From an uncultured Pelagibacteraceae bacterium (lineage in GTDB: Bacteria > Pseudomonadota > Alphaproteobacteria > Pelagibacterales > Pelagibacteraceae): a DNA stretch of 64,000 bases. The stretch covers positions 46,033 through 110,032 of the forward strand of contig CACPCX010000003.1 of the NCBI GenBank assembly GCA_902632545.1, given 5' to 3'. The position numbers and the translations under genes were made by a program. Shown one piece after another: positions 51,641-62,761 of this stretch (position 1 is the stretch's first letter; each line of letters starts with the position of its first letter). The notes below the pieces were generated by a model. That model saw only the letters and a program-made list of their open reading frames with translations. It did no database searches and had not been told where the DNA came from.

Positions 51641-52582
51641 ATGGCAATTAAAACCAATAAAGCTATTAAAATCTCACAAAAACATCTGTTAGGTATCCAA
51701 GATTTATCAGTTAATGATATTAATTATATTCTGGATGAATCAGAAGCTTTCATAAAATTAAACCAGAGTAAAAATAAAAAAATTGATGTGTTAAGAGGCA
51801 AAACACAAATAAACTTATTCTTTGAGCCATCAACCAGAACACAAAGCTCATTTGAACTTGCTGGTAAAAGACTTGGTGCTGACGTCATGTCAATGAATAT
51901 GGGCAACTCAGCTATCAAAAAAGGTGAAACTTTGATTGATACGGCAATGACCTTAAATGCAATGCATCCTGATATAATTGTAATCAGACATCAAGACTCT
52001 GGTGCTTGTAATCTATTATCTCAAAAAGTTAATTGCGTAGTTTTAAATGCTGGTGATGGTAGACGTGAGCACCCTACTCAAGCATTATTAGATGCATTAA
52101 CAATTAGAAATCGAAAAAAAAAAATTCTAGGATTAAAAATAGCTATATGTGGAGATATACTTCATTCGAGAGTGGCTAGATCAAATATTTATCTTCTTAC
52201 AATGTTAGGAGCAGAAGTTAATATAGTTGCACCATCAAATCTTATGCCAAAAGAAATTGAAAAATTTGGTGTAAACACTTTTACCGATATGAAAAAAGGT
52301 CTCAAAGATTGTGATATTGTAATGATGCTTAGATTGCAAAATGAAAGAATGACGAGTTCATATCTTTCATCAAATAGAGAATACTATGAATATTATGGAT
52401 TAACACCAGATAAGCTTGATCATGCAAAGTCAGATGCTTTAATTATGCATCCTGGTCCGATGAATAGAGGAATTGAAATTGATACAAGATTAGCTGACGA
52501 CATAAACAAGAGTGTAATTAAAGAACAAGTTGAATTAGGTGTTGCTGTAAGAATGGCATGTTTAAAAATATTTTGTGAATAA
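51641..52582 (+). CDS. pyrB: Aspartate carbamoyltransferase
   Basis: [21 protein letters not shown]; ATG at 51641. Confidence 0.97.
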   Translation: MAIKTNKAIKISQKHLLGIQDLSVNDINYILDESEAFIKLNQSKNKKIDVLRGKTQINLFFEPSTRTQSSFELAGKRLGADVMSMNMGNSAIKKGETLIDTAMTLNAMHPDIIVIRHQDSGACNLLSQKVNCVVLNAGDGRREHPTQALLDALTIRNRKKKILGLKIAICGDILHSRVARSNIYLLTMLGAEVNIVAPSNLMPKEIEKFGVNTFTDMKKGLKDCDIVMMLRLQNERMTSSYLSSNREYYEYYGLTPDKLDHAKSDALIMHPGPMNRGIEIDTRLADDINKSVIKEQVELGVAVRMACLKIFCE

Positions 52583-53869
52583 ATGAAAAAACAATACTTT
52601 ATAAATGCAAACATTATAGATCCTTATAATTCTATAAATGAGAATGGAGGATTAATAATTAGCGAAGAAGGAAAAATAGAAGCTATTGGAAAAAAAGTTA
52701 ATGCAAATAATTTACCTACTAGGGAAAAACCTATAGATTTAAAAGGAAAATATATATTTCCAGGCATAGTAGATATGAGAGTTTTTGTAGGCGAACCAGG
52801 TTATGAATATAAAGAAAATTTTAGAACTTTGAGTAATGCTGCATTATCTGGTGGCGTAACCTCTGTAGTAACGATGCCTAATACTGACCCAATTATAGAT
52901 AATGTATCAATTGTAGATTTTTTAAAAAGAAGAGGACGTGATAAGTCTAAAATAAATATCTTTCCTTGCGCTTCATTAACTCAAAACACTGATGGTACCA
53001 ATATGACCGAATTTGGGTTGCTAGCCAAAAAAGGAATTATAGCATTTACTGATGGGGTAAAAACAATTCAAAATACTAGACTTATGTCCAGAATTATGAA
53101 TTCAGCCAAAGATTTAGGATGTCTTATAATGCAACATGCGGAAGATTACGATTTAGCTAAAAATGGAATGATTAATTCTGGTATTATTGCAACAAAACTA
53201 GGCTTATCAAGCATACCAGATATTGCTGAAAGAATCATAATTGAAAGAGATCTTACTCTCTTAGAAAAAACTAAATGTCGATATCATATATCTCAACTAT
53301 CAGCAGGGAAATCTGTAGATATAATCAAAGAACGTAAACAAAATGTTAAATTTACTTGTGGTGTATCAATAAATAATCTCTCACTAAACGAAAATGATAT
53401 TGGAGATTTTAAAACATTTTTAAAATTATCACCTCCACTTAGAAGAGAAGAAGATAGAGAAGCTTTAGTTCAAGGATTAAAAGATAAAACTATTGATGTA
53501 ATTGTTTCTGACCATAAACCTGAAGATGAAGAGTCTAAAAGATTAACTTTTGCTCAAGCTGCAACTGGTGCATCTGGTATTGAAACATTGTTGTCTTTAA
53601 GTTTAGAATTATTTCATAACGGATCTGTAAAACTTGAAACTATCATTCAAGCTTTAACTTCCAACCCAGCAAAAATATTAAATATAAATAAAGGAAACTT
53701 GTCTATAAGTAATGATGCAGATTTTTGTATAGTGGATATCAATAAACCATGGATTGTAAAAAAAGAAAATTTATTCTCTAAATCTAAAAATACCTCAATT
53801 GAGGATAAGAAACTTCAAGGTAAAGTAACCAATACATTTGTAAAAGGTATAGAATTATTTAAAATATAA
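52583..53869 (+). CDS. pyrC: Dihydroorotase-like protein (probable non-catalytic PyrC')
   Basis: MPNT.P, PPLR, SDHKP present; the HxH metal site is replaced by DMRVF. Confidence 0.85.
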   Translation: MKKQYFINANIIDPYNSINENGGLIISEEGKIEAIGKKVNANNLPTREKPIDLKGKYIFPGIVDMRVFVGEPGYEYKENFRTLSNAALSGGVTSVVTMPNTDPIIDNVSIVDFLKRRGRDKSKINIFPCASLTQNTDGTNMTEFGLLAKKGIIAFTDGVKTIQNTRLMSRIMNSAKDLGCLIMQHAEDYDLAKNGMINSGIIATKLGLSSIPDIAERIIIERDLTLLEKTKCRYHISQLSAGKSVDIIKERKQNVKFTCGVSINNLSLNENDIGDFKTFLKLSPPLRREEDREALVQGLKDKTIDVIVSDHKPEDEESKRLTFAQAATGASGIETLLSLSLELFHNGSVKLETIIQALTSNPAKILNINKGNLSISNDADFCIVDINKPWIVKKENLFSKSKNTSIEDKKLQGKVTNTFVKGIELFKI

Positions 53870-53871
53870 AA

Positions 53872-54450
53872 ATGGAACTTTTTATAATAGGTATAATCTC
53901 ATACCTAATGGGATCAATTCCTTTTGGATTAATTTTAATTAAAATATTTTTAAAAAAAGATATTAGAGAAATTGGTTCTGGTAATATTGGTGCAACAAAC
54001 GCTTTAAGATCCGGTAATAAACTAATTGGTTATTTAACACTAATACTTGATGTATTAAAAGCAGTAATACCTGTCTTATATGTAAAATTTAATTTTCCTG
54101 ATGCAGTCTATATTTCAGCTTTATGTGCTTTCATTGGCCATGTGTTCCCTATTTGGTTAAAATTTAAAGGTGGTAAGGGTGTAGCAACATATGTTGGAAT
54201 ACTTTTTTCTTTAAATTTTATTTTTGGTTTAGTGTTTGGTGTTTGCTGGTTAATAATCTTTTTTGTTTCTAAATATTCATCTTTAGCTTCTTTGATAGGA
54301 TCACTTTCCATACCTGTTTATATTTTAATTATGGAAGTATCAGAAAATGTATCTTTTTACATAATAATGTTTATTTTAATATTTTTTACCCACAGAGAAA
54401 ATATTAAACGCCTGAAAAATAAAGAAGAAAATAAGACAAAAATTTATTAA
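53872..54450 (+). CDS. plsY: Glycerol-3-phosphate acyltransferase
   Basis: GSGNIGATN, FKGGKGVAT, HRENIKRL. Confidence 0.96.
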   Translation: MELFIIGIISYLMGSIPFGLILIKIFLKKDIREIGSGNIGATNALRSGNKLIGYLTLILDVLKAVIPVLYVKFNFPDAVYISALCAFIGHVFPIWLKFKGGKGVATYVGILFSLNFIFGLVFGVCWLIIFFVSKYSSLASLIGSLSIPVYILIMEVSENVSFYIIMFILIFFTHRENIKRLKNKEENKTKIY

Positions 54451-54487
54451 TTTGACTATCAAACTCTTTTGAGTAGTTTGTTATTTT

Positions 54488-57073
54488 ATGAATCTAGTCA
54501 TAGTTGAAAGCCCTGCTAAAGCAAAAACAATTAATAAATATTTAGGAGATAGCTATACCGTTTTAGCTAGCTATGGTCATATTAGAGATCTTCCATCAAA
54601 AAATGGGTCGGTTGATCCTGATCAAAATTTTAAAATGGAATGGGAAGTTGATAGTTTTTCAAAAAAATATCTTAAAGAAATTACAGATGCTGCAAAAGAC
54701 TCTTCGAAAATAATTCTTGCTACTGACCCAGATCGTGAGGGAGAAGCTATAGCTTGGCATGTAAAAGAGTATTTAGATGAAAAAAAACTTTTAAAGGATA
54801 AAGAAATTGAACGTGTCGTATTTAATGAAATAACCAAAAAAGCAGTCACACATGGTATTGAAAACCCAAGACAGATAGAACCTTTATTAGTCGATGCTTA
54901 CATGGCTAGAAGAGCTTTAGATTATTTGGTAGGATTTAATATCTCTCCAATACTATGGACGAAGTTACCTGGTTCAAAATCTGCAGGTAGAGTTCAATCT
55001 GTTGCACTGAAATTGATTACTGAAAGGGAACATGAAATTGAATTGTTTAAGCCTGAAGAATTTTGGACTTTAAGTATTAATTTTCAGGATAATAACAAAA
55101 ACAACATTACAGCAAGTATTTCTCAGCTTGATGGAGAAAAAATTGAAAAATTCTCATTTAAAAACAAGGAAGAAATTGAAAAAGCAATTACTAATATTAA
55201 GACAAAAAAATTTAATATAACTGATATTTCCTCAAAAGTTGTTAGTAGAAATCCCTCAGGACCATTCACGACCTCTACACTTCAACAAGTTGCTTCTAGT
55301 AGATTGGGTTTTGGTGCATCAAGAACAATGCAAATAGCACAAAAACTTTATCAAGGAATTGAAATTGAGGGAGATACAGTTGGATTAATTACTTATATGA
55401 GAACAGATGGAACTAATTTATCGGCTGATGCAGTCTCTGATTTTAGAAATTTTATTAAAAAAGAATATGGAAACGAATATTTGCCAGAAAATCCAAATAA
55501 TTACTCAGGAAAAAAAGCAAAAAATGCTCAAGAAGCTCATGAAGCAATAAGACCGACTGATATCAATAGAAATCCAGATTCATTAAAAAAATATTTAAGT
55601 TCTGATCAACAAAAATTATATAATTTGATTTGGTCTAGAGCTCTTTCTTCACAAATGGAGACAGCTAAATTTGATAGAAATACAATAACTATAGAATCTG
55701 AAGATAATAAAACAATATGTAAATCAAGCGGATCAGTTTTAAAATTTGATGGATTTTTAAAAGTTTATTCAAACCAAAGTAAAGATGATGATGAGCAAAT
55801 TTTACCTGAGATGTCAAAAGGACCAATTGATATAGAAGCTCTTATCGATGAACAGCATTTTACACAACCTCCCCCACGCTATTCTGAGGCAAGTTTGGTT
55901 AAAAAATTAGAAGAATTAGGAATTGGAAGACCTTCAACTTATGCAAGCATAATATCAACAATAGCAAATAGAGGATATGCAGAAATAGTTAATAAAAGAT
56001 TTTTTCCAACCGATCGAGGTAAATTAATTTCTGCATTTTTAGAAAAACTATTTTCAAAATACGTTGATTATAACTTTACAGCTGGATTAGAGGATCAATT
56101 AGATGAAATTACTTCAGGTAAAGAAAGTTGGTTAAATGTACTTGAAATGTTTTGGAAAGACTTCAATAGCAATGTTTCAGAAGTTAAAGAAAAAAGAACT
56201 AGAGAAGTTTTAGATCTTTTAAATGAGAGTTTAGGAGCATTAATATTTGATACTGATAAAGATGGTAAAATACTTAGAAAATGTCAGTTATGTGATACTG
56301 GTTCATTAAGCTTAAAAAATAGTTTTAGAGGAGGTGCTTTTATAGGGTGTTCGAATTATCCAGAATGTAAATTTACAAGACCATTATCAAAAGCTAAAGC
56401 AGCAGCTCAATCACAACTCGCTGAACCAAAATTTTTAGGAAAACATGAAAATGGAAATGATATTTTTCTCAAAAATGGAAGATTTGGTCCTTATCTGCAG
56501 TATGAGAAGATCCTTAAAGAAAATATTGAAGAAGAAAAACCTAAAAAAAGAAAAAAAACAAAAAAAAAGAAAACCGAAGTAAATGAACTATTAAAAAATG
56601 TATCAATTCCAAAAGGAATTGAATTAGAAAGTATAGATTTAGAAAAAGCTAAATTTTTATGCTCACTTCCTAAATCATTGGGTATTAATCCAGAGAATCA
56701 AAAAGAAATTATCCTTAATACAGGTAGATTTGGTCCTTATTTAAAATGTGAGAATAAGTCGGCAAGGATAGAAAACGTTGATGAAATTTTTTCAATAGGG
56801 TTAAATAGAGCTATTACTCTTATAGCTGAAGCAAAACCAGGGAGAATGTCATCATCTATTATTAAAGACCTAGGTGAACACCCTGAAGATAAGAAGCCTG
56901 TGAGAATAATGAAGGGTCAATATGGGCCATATATAAAATACAAATCTTTAAATGCAACAATACCTGAGGAAAAAGACCCTACTGAAATCACAATGGAAGA
57001 AGCTCTAATTTTTATTGAGAAAAGAAGAGAATACGATAAGAATAAGAAGCAAAAGAAAAAGAGAGCTAAATGA
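54488..57073 (+). CDS. topA: DNA topoisomerase I
   Basis: VESPAKAK, ATDPDREGE, SAGRVQS, ITYMRTD, C-terminal GRFGPY repeats. Confidence 0.98.
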   Translation: MNLVIVESPAKAKTINKYLGDSYTVLASYGHIRDLPSKNGSVDPDQNFKMEWEVDSFSKKYLKEITDAAKDSSKIILATDPDREGEAIAWHVKEYLDEKKLLKDKEIERVVFNEITKKAVTHGIENPRQIEPLLVDAYMARRALDYLVGFNISPILWTKLPGSKSAGRVQSVALKLITEREHEIELFKPEEFWTLSINFQDNNKNNITASISQLDGEKIEKFSFKNKEEIEKAITNIKTKKFNITDISSKVVSRNPSGPFTTSTLQQVASSRLGFGASRTMQIAQKLYQGIEIEGDTVGLITYMRTDGTNLSADAVSDFRNFIKKEYGNEYLPENPNNYSGKKAKNAQEAHEAIRPTDINRNPDSLKKYLSSDQQKLYNLIWSRALSSQMETAKFDRNTITIESEDNKTICKSSGSVLKFDGFLKVYSNQSKDDDEQILPEMSKGPIDIEALIDEQHFTQPPPRYSEASLVKKLEELGIGRPSTYASIISTIANRGYAEIVNKRFFPTDRGKLISAFLEKLFSKYVDYNFTAGLEDQLDEITSGKESWLNVLEMFWKDFNSNVSEVKEKRTREVLDLLNESLGALIFDTDKDGKILRKCQLCDTGSLSLKNSFRGGAFIGCSNYPECKFTRPLSKAKAAAQSQLAEPKFLGKHENGNDIFLKNGRFGPYLQYEKILKENIEEEKPKKRKKTKKKKTEVNELLKNVSIPKGIELESIDLEKAKFLCSLPKSLGINPENQKEIILNTGRFGPYLKCENKSARIENVDEIFSIGLNRAITLIAEAKPGRMSSSIIKDLGEHPEDKKPVRIMKGQYGPYIKYKSLNATIPEEKDPTEITMEEALIFIEKRREYDKNKKQKKKRAK

Positions 57074-57282
57074 AAAAAATATTCTTCTTAATAATTCTAT
57101 CTTTTTTTATAAACAATTACTCTCAGGGGAATGAGAATTGTTCTTCATATAAAAAATTATCTAAAGAATATTTAAAATGTTTAGGTGGAAAAGTTAAAAA
57201 AAAAACATCAGGTTTTGGCCTTGATACTAATAATATTAAAGAAAAAAAATATTTAACTGATTGGTTTAAGAAAAAAGAATAA
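57070..57282 (+). CDS. Small exported hypothetical protein
   Basis: Signal-peptide-like N-terminus, two Cys; start overlaps the topA stop and stop overlaps the next ATG. Confidence 0.65.
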   Translation: MKKIFFLIILSFFINNYSQGNENCSSYKKLSKEYLKCLGGKVKKKTSGFGLDTNNIKEKKYLTDWFKKKE

Positions 57283-57743
57283 TGAATTTTGAAGAGAACA
57301 TAATAAAAAACAAAATAAAACTTCCAGAGCCAAAGGCTCCAGTTGGTTCATACGTTGCCACAAAAATAGCAGGGAAACTACTATACATTTCTGGTCAAAT
57401 TTCAATTTCAGAAAATGGAGAATTAATTAAAGGTAAGTTGGGTCAGGAATTATCTACAGAGGATGGATATAAAGCTGCTGAAAGATGTGCTTTAAGTATA
57501 GTATCACAAGCTAAAAGTGCATGTAATGGAGATTTAAATAAAATAAAATCATGTATTAAATTAACTGGATTTGTAAATTCTACTGACAAATTTACTGATC
57601 AGCCAAAGGTTATAAATGGATCATCTGATTTAATTGCTTTAATTTTTGGTGAGGCTGGTATGCATACAAGAGCTGCAGTAAGCACTAATAGTTTGCCCTT
57701 AGGTGTTTCAGTTGAAGTTGATGCAATTTTTGAATTAAATTAA
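57282..57743 (+). CDS. RidA/YjgF family protein (Rid1-like)
   Basis: YISGQ, VINGSSD, GMHTRAAV, LPLGVSVEV. Confidence 0.9.
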   Translation: MNFEENIIKNKIKLPEPKAPVGSYVATKIAGKLLYISGQISISENGELIKGKLGQELSTEDGYKAAERCALSIVSQAKSACNGDLNKIKSCIKLTGFVNSTDKFTDQPKVINGSSDLIALIFGEAGMHTRAAVSTNSLPLGVSVEVDAIFELN

Positions 57744-57745
57744 TA

Positions 57746-59044
57746 CTATTTTCCAATACCAAAATATTTAAAACCCATCTTTTTAATCTTATCAGGAGAA
57801 AAAATATTTCTCATATCGTAAATAATGAGATTTTTATTTTTAGAAAATTTTCTAAAATTTATTGATTTGAAATCATTCCATTCAGTATGAATTATAATTA
57901 AATCAGATCCTTTGATAGAATCTTGTATAGATTTAGAGAATTCAACATTTTTTAACTTACTAAATTCTTTTTTAAAGCCAGTTGGATCATAGTATTTAAT
58001 TTGAGCACCTTTTCTTGATAAATAAGGAATTAATTTTAAGCTTGAAGAATCTCTCATATCATCTGTGTTGGCTTTAAATGTTACTCCTAAAAAAGATATT
58101 TTTTTATTTTTAACTTTATTTTTTAATATTGAATTAACTCTTTTTTGTAATATATTTGATCTAATTTCATTGGATTTAATTACACTTTTTATTACAGATA
58201 AATTAGTTTTAAATTTAGCTGCTGTAGAAACAATTGCTTTAGTATCTTTTGGAAAACATGATCCACCATAAGCTGGCCCTGCCCTTAAAAATCTACTTCC
58301 AATTCTTTTATCAAGACCTATGCCTATAGAAATATCTTCAACATCAATCCCAGTTTTTTCACATAAATTTGCTATTTCATTAATAAAAGTAATTTTCGTT
58401 GCTAGAAAAGCATTTGATGCATATTTAATTAATTCTGCAGCCCTTCTATTTGTACATACGAACTTCGCACCTTTGGATATTAATGGTGAATATAGGTTTT
58501 TTAATATTTTCTTAGATTTTTCATCATTACAACCAATAACAACTCTATCAGGATAAATAAAATCACGTATTGCTTCTCCTTCTCTTAAAAATTCGGGATT
58601 TGAAACCACAGAGAAATACTTTCTGCTTACCTTTTTCAAAATAATCTTCTCTACTTCGTCTCCTGTTGTAACAGGAACAGTAGATTTATTGATTATAATC
58701 TTAAATTTATTTACAGATTTAGAGATTTCTTTTGCTACAGAATAAACTTGGCTAAGATCTGCGTTATTACTATTCCTTTTGTTTGGAGTTCCCACACAAA
58801 CAAAAACAATATCAGATTTCTTTATACATTCTTTTAAGTTTGTTGAAAAATTTAGTCTTTTATTTTTATAATTTTTTAAAACTAATTCTTCTAAACCAGG
58901 CTCATAAATGGGTATGATGCCTTTTTTTAAATTATTAATTTTATTATTATCTTTATCCACACATATAACATCATTACCTAAGTCTGCAAAACAAACGCCA
59001 CTCACCAAACCAACATATCCAGTACCAATCATACATAATTTCAT
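57746..59044 (-). CDS. ugd: UDP-glucose 6-dehydrogenase
   Basis: GTGYVG, NPEFLREG, YGGSCFPKD, FKANTDD.R. Confidence 0.95.
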   Translation of the reverse strand: MKLCMIGTGYVGLVSGVCFADLGNDVICVDKDNNKINNLKKGIIPIYEPGLEELVLKNYKNKRLNFSTNLKECIKKSDIVFVCVGTPNKRNSNNADLSQVYSVAKEISKSVNKFKIIINKSTVPVTTGDEVEKIILKKVSRKYFSVVSNPEFLREGEAIRDFIYPDRVVIGCNDEKSKKILKNLYSPLISKGAKFVCTNRRAAELIKYASNAFLATKITFINEIANLCEKTGIDVEDISIGIGLDKRIGSRFLRAGPAYGGSCFPKDTKAIVSTAAKFKTNLSVIKSVIKSNEIRSNILQKRVNSILKNKVKNKKISFLGVTFKANTDDMRDSSSLKLIPYLSRKGAQIKYYDPTGFKKEFSKLKNVEFSKSIQDSIKGSDLIIIHTEWNDFKSINFRKFSKNKNLIIYDMRNIFSPDKIKKMGFKYFGIGK

Positions 59045-59856
59045 AGTTTACCTATTTCTTTTGAAGAATTGATGTAACCTTTCATTGTTCCACAATCAAG
59101 ATATTTACCCTCAAAATTATGTGCTACAAATTTCTCTTTATCATTAATTAACTCTTGAATAGCATCTGTTATATGGATTTCATTTCCTTTACTTGGTTTT
59201 AATGATTTAAGTTTCTTGAAAATTGTTTTTGGTAGTATGTATCTGCCTATAACAGCATTATTTGATGGTGCATTTTTAACGGATGGTTTTTCTACAACGC
59301 CGTCAATTACATAATCTGTTTTATTTATTTTTTTACTCAATTTATAAATACCCCATCTTGAAACAGTTTCTTTTCTCACTCTCATAGAAGCCATAACAGA
59401 AGCACTGTATTTTTTATGAACTCTTATCAAAGCTTTTGAGCAATTTTTTTTAATTATTAAATCATCAGGCAACAACATTAAAAAAAAATTATTTTTAATA
59501 AATTTTTGTGTTTTAAGAACAGCATCACCAGTGCCCTTAGGAATATTTTGATAAACAAATTTTATTTTTTTTTTATATTTTAATATTTTTTTATACTCTT
59601 CGATTATTCTTTGATCCTTCTTTTTTTTAATAACATTTTTATAAAAATTATCACTGTAAAAGTATTTTTTAATCATTTGTTTCTTAGAAGATATTATAAA
59701 AACTATTTCTTTTATTCCGGCATCAATACATTCATCAAGGATATACTCTATTCCAGGCTTACCATTTATAGGTAGAAGCTCTTTAGCAAATACGCTAGTT
59801 AAAGGCAGCAACCTAGTGCCTAAACCAGCCAAAGGAATAATTGCTTGTTTAATCAT
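59041..59856 (-). CDS. galU: UTP-glucose-1-phosphate uridylyltransferase
   Basis: AGLGTRLLP.T...KELLP, GTGDAV, LPDD, VEKP, ITDAI, DCG. Confidence 0.92.
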   Translation of the reverse strand: MIKQAIIPLAGLGTRLLPLTSVFAKELLPINGKPGIEYILDECIDAGIKEIVFIISSKKQMIKKYFYSDNFYKNVIKKKKDQRIIEEYKKILKYKKKIKFVYQNIPKGTGDAVLKTQKFIKNNFFLMLLPDDLIIKKNCSKALIRVHKKYSASVMASMRVRKETVSRWGIYKLSKKINKTDYVIDGVVEKPSVKNAPSNNAVIGRYILPKTIFKKLKSLKPSKGNEIHITDAIQELINDKEKFVAHNFEGKYLDCGTMKGYINSSKEIGKL

Positions 59857-59890
59857 TTAAATGTTTTACTTATTAAATATTTTAATACAA

Positions 59891-60706
59891 ATGAAAATTT
59901 TATTAAACAATAGCTCATTATTTGAATCATTAAGGCCATTTAATGACCTTGGTTTTGTTCCTACTATGGGTGGAATACATAAGGGTCATTTATCACTTAT
60001 AAATAAATCAAATAAAATTTGTAAAAAAACGATTGTAAGTATTTTTATTAATCCAAAACAATTTAATAATAAAAAAGATTTAATGACCTACCCAAGAAAT
60101 ATACAAAAGGATTTAAATATTTTAAAAAAAAATAAAAAAGTTGATTTTGTTTATCTTCCAAAGTTTAAAGACATATATAAAGATAAAAAAAAATCTAAAA
60201 TTAGACTTCTTAAAAAAGATAAAATTTTGTGTGCTAAATTTAGAAAAGGTCATTTTGAGGGAGTTTTGGATGTTATGAATAAACTAACTAGAATTGTAAA
60301 ACCTCAGAAGATATTTATGGGAGAAAAAGATTTTCAACAATTATATTTAGTTAAAAAATTATTAGAACAAAAATATAAAACTAGGGTTATTTCTTGTAAA
60401 ACAATTCGTGATAAGAATAAAGTAGCACTATCATCAAGAAACTTTCTTTTAAAAAAGTCAAATTTAGTTATAGCAGGAATTATATATAAAAAATTAGTGA
60501 ATATTAAAAAAAATATTAAAAACCAAAAACATATTTCAAATTTTTTAAAGATTAAAAAAAAAGAATTAAAAAACAAATTTAAAATTAAAATTGATTACTT
60601 AGAGTTAAGAAATAAAAAAGACCTAAAAACTTCAAAAAAAATAAATAATTCAAGATTGTTTATTGCCTACTATTTAAATAATGTTAGATTGATTGATAAT
60701 CTCTAA
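59891..60706 (+). CDS. panC: Pantoate-beta-alanine ligase
   Basis: VPTMGGIHKGH, INPKQF, GEKDFQQ, SSRN, RLIDN; ATG at 59891. Confidence 0.95.
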   Translation: MKILLNNSSLFESLRPFNDLGFVPTMGGIHKGHLSLINKSNKICKKTIVSIFINPKQFNNKKDLMTYPRNIQKDLNILKKNKKVDFVYLPKFKDIYKDKKKSKIRLLKKDKILCAKFRKGHFEGVLDVMNKLTRIVKPQKIFMGEKDFQQLYLVKKLLEQKYKTRVISCKTIRDKNKVALSSRNFLLKKSNLVIAGIIYKKLVNIKKNIKNQKHISNFLKIKKKELKNKFKIKIDYLELRNKKDLKTSKKINNSRLFIAYYLNNVRLIDNL

Positions 60707-60708
60707 TT

Positions 60709-62082
60709 TTATAGAAAGTAAGCTCCAACCCCCAAGAAAGAAACAAAACCAATAACATCGGTTATTGTTGTTACAAAAACACTTGATGCAATTGCTGGAT
60801 CAATGTTCATTTTTTTTAAAGTAAATGGAACCAGTATACCAAATAATCCAGCTATAATCATTGTTAGAACCATTGATATTGCTATAATCATTGAAAGGAT
60901 ACCATCTTGAAACCATATCTGAACAATTATAGCACTTATAGCTGCAAAAATAATTCCATTTAAAATACCAATAGAAAATTCTTTAAAAACATTCGATGAG
61001 AAATTATTTTTTGTTAAGTCGTTTGTTGCAATTGTTCTAACTGTTACAGCCAAGGTTTGCATTCCAGCATTTCCACCCATTGAGGCAACAATAGGCATTA
61101 AAAAAGCTAATACAACCATTTGTTCAATTGTTGCTCCAAACAAACTAATACACCAAGTAGCAAGAAAAGCAGTAAATAAATTTAGTAAAAGCCAATTAAA
61201 TCTTCTCTTAGTTTTTTTTACAACTCCATCAGTAATTTCTTCATCGCCAACCCCTGCCAATCTTAAAGCATCTTCTTCAGCTTCTTCTTTCAAGACTGTT
61301 AAAACATCATCGTTCATAATCATACCAACCAATTTGTTTTTTTTGTCTACAACTGCAGCTGAATTTAAATTGTAGTTTTCAAATAAGTTAGCAACTTCCT
61401 CTTTATCCATTTCAACAGGAATTAATAGTTGGGACTCAGACATAATTGTTGCCATTTTAGTATCGCGTGGTGTTGTTAAAACTTTAGATGAAGGAACAGT
61501 ACCTATTGGTTTAAAATCTTCATTAACAATAAAAATTTCTAAAAATTCCTCTGGTAAATCTTTGTTTTCTCTTAAATAGTCAATCGTTTGACCTACAGAC
61601 CAATTGCTTGGTATTGCCGTAAATTCTCGCTGCATAAGTCTTGCAGCAGTATCCTCTGGATAACTTAAGCTTTCTAATAAAGCAAATCTATCTTTAGGTG
61701 GTAACGAGCTAAGAATTGCATTTTTATCCTCTTCAGGAACATTTTCTAATATAGAAATTGCGTCATCTGACTCAAGACCCTTAAGGATACTAACTATAGA
61801 GTCTGATGATAGATAAGTAATAATTTCTGATTGAATAGACTCATTTAATTCAACGAAAACCTCTGGATCAATATTAAAATTATTTAATTTAATTAAACTT
61901 TCTCTGTCCCCTTCGCTAAGGTGCTCAATAATATCTGCAGCGTCAGCAGGGTGCATTTCATTAAAAGAATTGGTAATAAATTGAGCATCATTGCTTGCTA
62001 TTTTGCTTGTAACTACTCTTATATATTCTTTATTAAATTCAAAATTTACTTTCTTATCTTTAGTTTTTTTAGTTAAAGACAT
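60709..62082 (-). CDS. mgtE: Magnesium transporter
   Basis: HPAD, CBS pair, MGGNAGMQ, DPAIASS...TTITD. Confidence 0.96.
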   Translation of the reverse strand: MSLTKKTKDKKVNFEFNKEYIRVVTSKIASNDAQFITNSFNEMHPADAADIIEHLSEGDRESLIKLNNFNIDPEVFVELNESIQSEIITYLSSDSIVSILKGLESDDAISILENVPEEDKNAILSSLPPKDRFALLESLSYPEDTAARLMQREFTAIPSNWSVGQTIDYLRENKDLPEEFLEIFIVNEDFKPIGTVPSSKVLTTPRDTKMATIMSESQLLIPVEMDKEEVANLFENYNLNSAAVVDKKNKLVGMIMNDDVLTVLKEEAEEDALRLAGVGDEEITDGVVKKTKRRFNWLLLNLFTAFLATWCISLFGATIEQMVVLAFLMPIVASMGGNAGMQTLAVTVRTIATNDLTKNNFSSNVFKEFSIGILNGIIFAAISAIIVQIWFQDGILSMIIAISMVLTMIIAGLFGILVPFTLKKMNIDPAIASSVFVTTITDVIGFVSFLGVGAYFL

Positions 62083-62143
62083 AAATCTACCTATAATTTA
62101 GATTTGCACTATTAATACATAATAAAGATAATACAAATTATAA

Positions 62144-62761
62144 ATGAATATAGAGATAAAAAAGTCAATAAAACCAATAAATTATTTTGATGCTATTAAT
62201 GTACTAGAGTCAAGATTAGAGGATTTATATAGAAATAATGAGCAAGAATTAATTTGGACTTTGGAGCATAATGAGGTTTTTACAGCTGGAACTTCTTATA
62301 AAGAAAATGAAATTATAGATAAATCAATCAAAATATTAAAAACAAATAGAGGTGGTAAAATCACGTACCACGGGCCAGGTCAATTAATTTGTTATTTTGT
62401 TTTAGATTTAAGAAAAAAAAAGGATATTAGAAATTTTATAACGATTATAGAAAACACAATAATTCAAACATTAAAATTTTATAAAATAGATACATTTCCA
62501 GATAAAAACAATATAGGCATATGGTACAAAGCTAACAATGAAGTTAAAAAAATTGCTGCAATAGGTATCAGAGTTAGCAGATGGATTGCTTATCATGGTT
62601 TTGCAATAAATATAAATAACGACTTAGAAAATTATAAAAAAATTATACCATGTGGTATTTCAGATAAGGGAGTAACTAATTTAAAAAGTATAATAGATCA
62701 GGATTATTCAAATCTAAGTGATAAATTGATTAAAAATTTTATTACAAATTTAAAAATCTAA
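62144..62761 (+). CDS. lipB: Octanoyltransferase
   Basis: [31 protein letters not shown]. Confidence 0.96.
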   Translation: MNIEIKKSIKPINYFDAINVLESRLEDLYRNNEQELIWTLEHNEVFTAGTSYKENEIIDKSIKILKTNRGGKITYHGPGQLICYFVLDLRKKKDIRNFITIIENTIIQTLKFYKIDTFPDKNNIGIWYKANNEVKKIAAIGIRVSRWIAYHGFAININNDLENYKKIIPCGISDKGVTNLKSIIDQDYSNLSDKLIKNFITNLKI

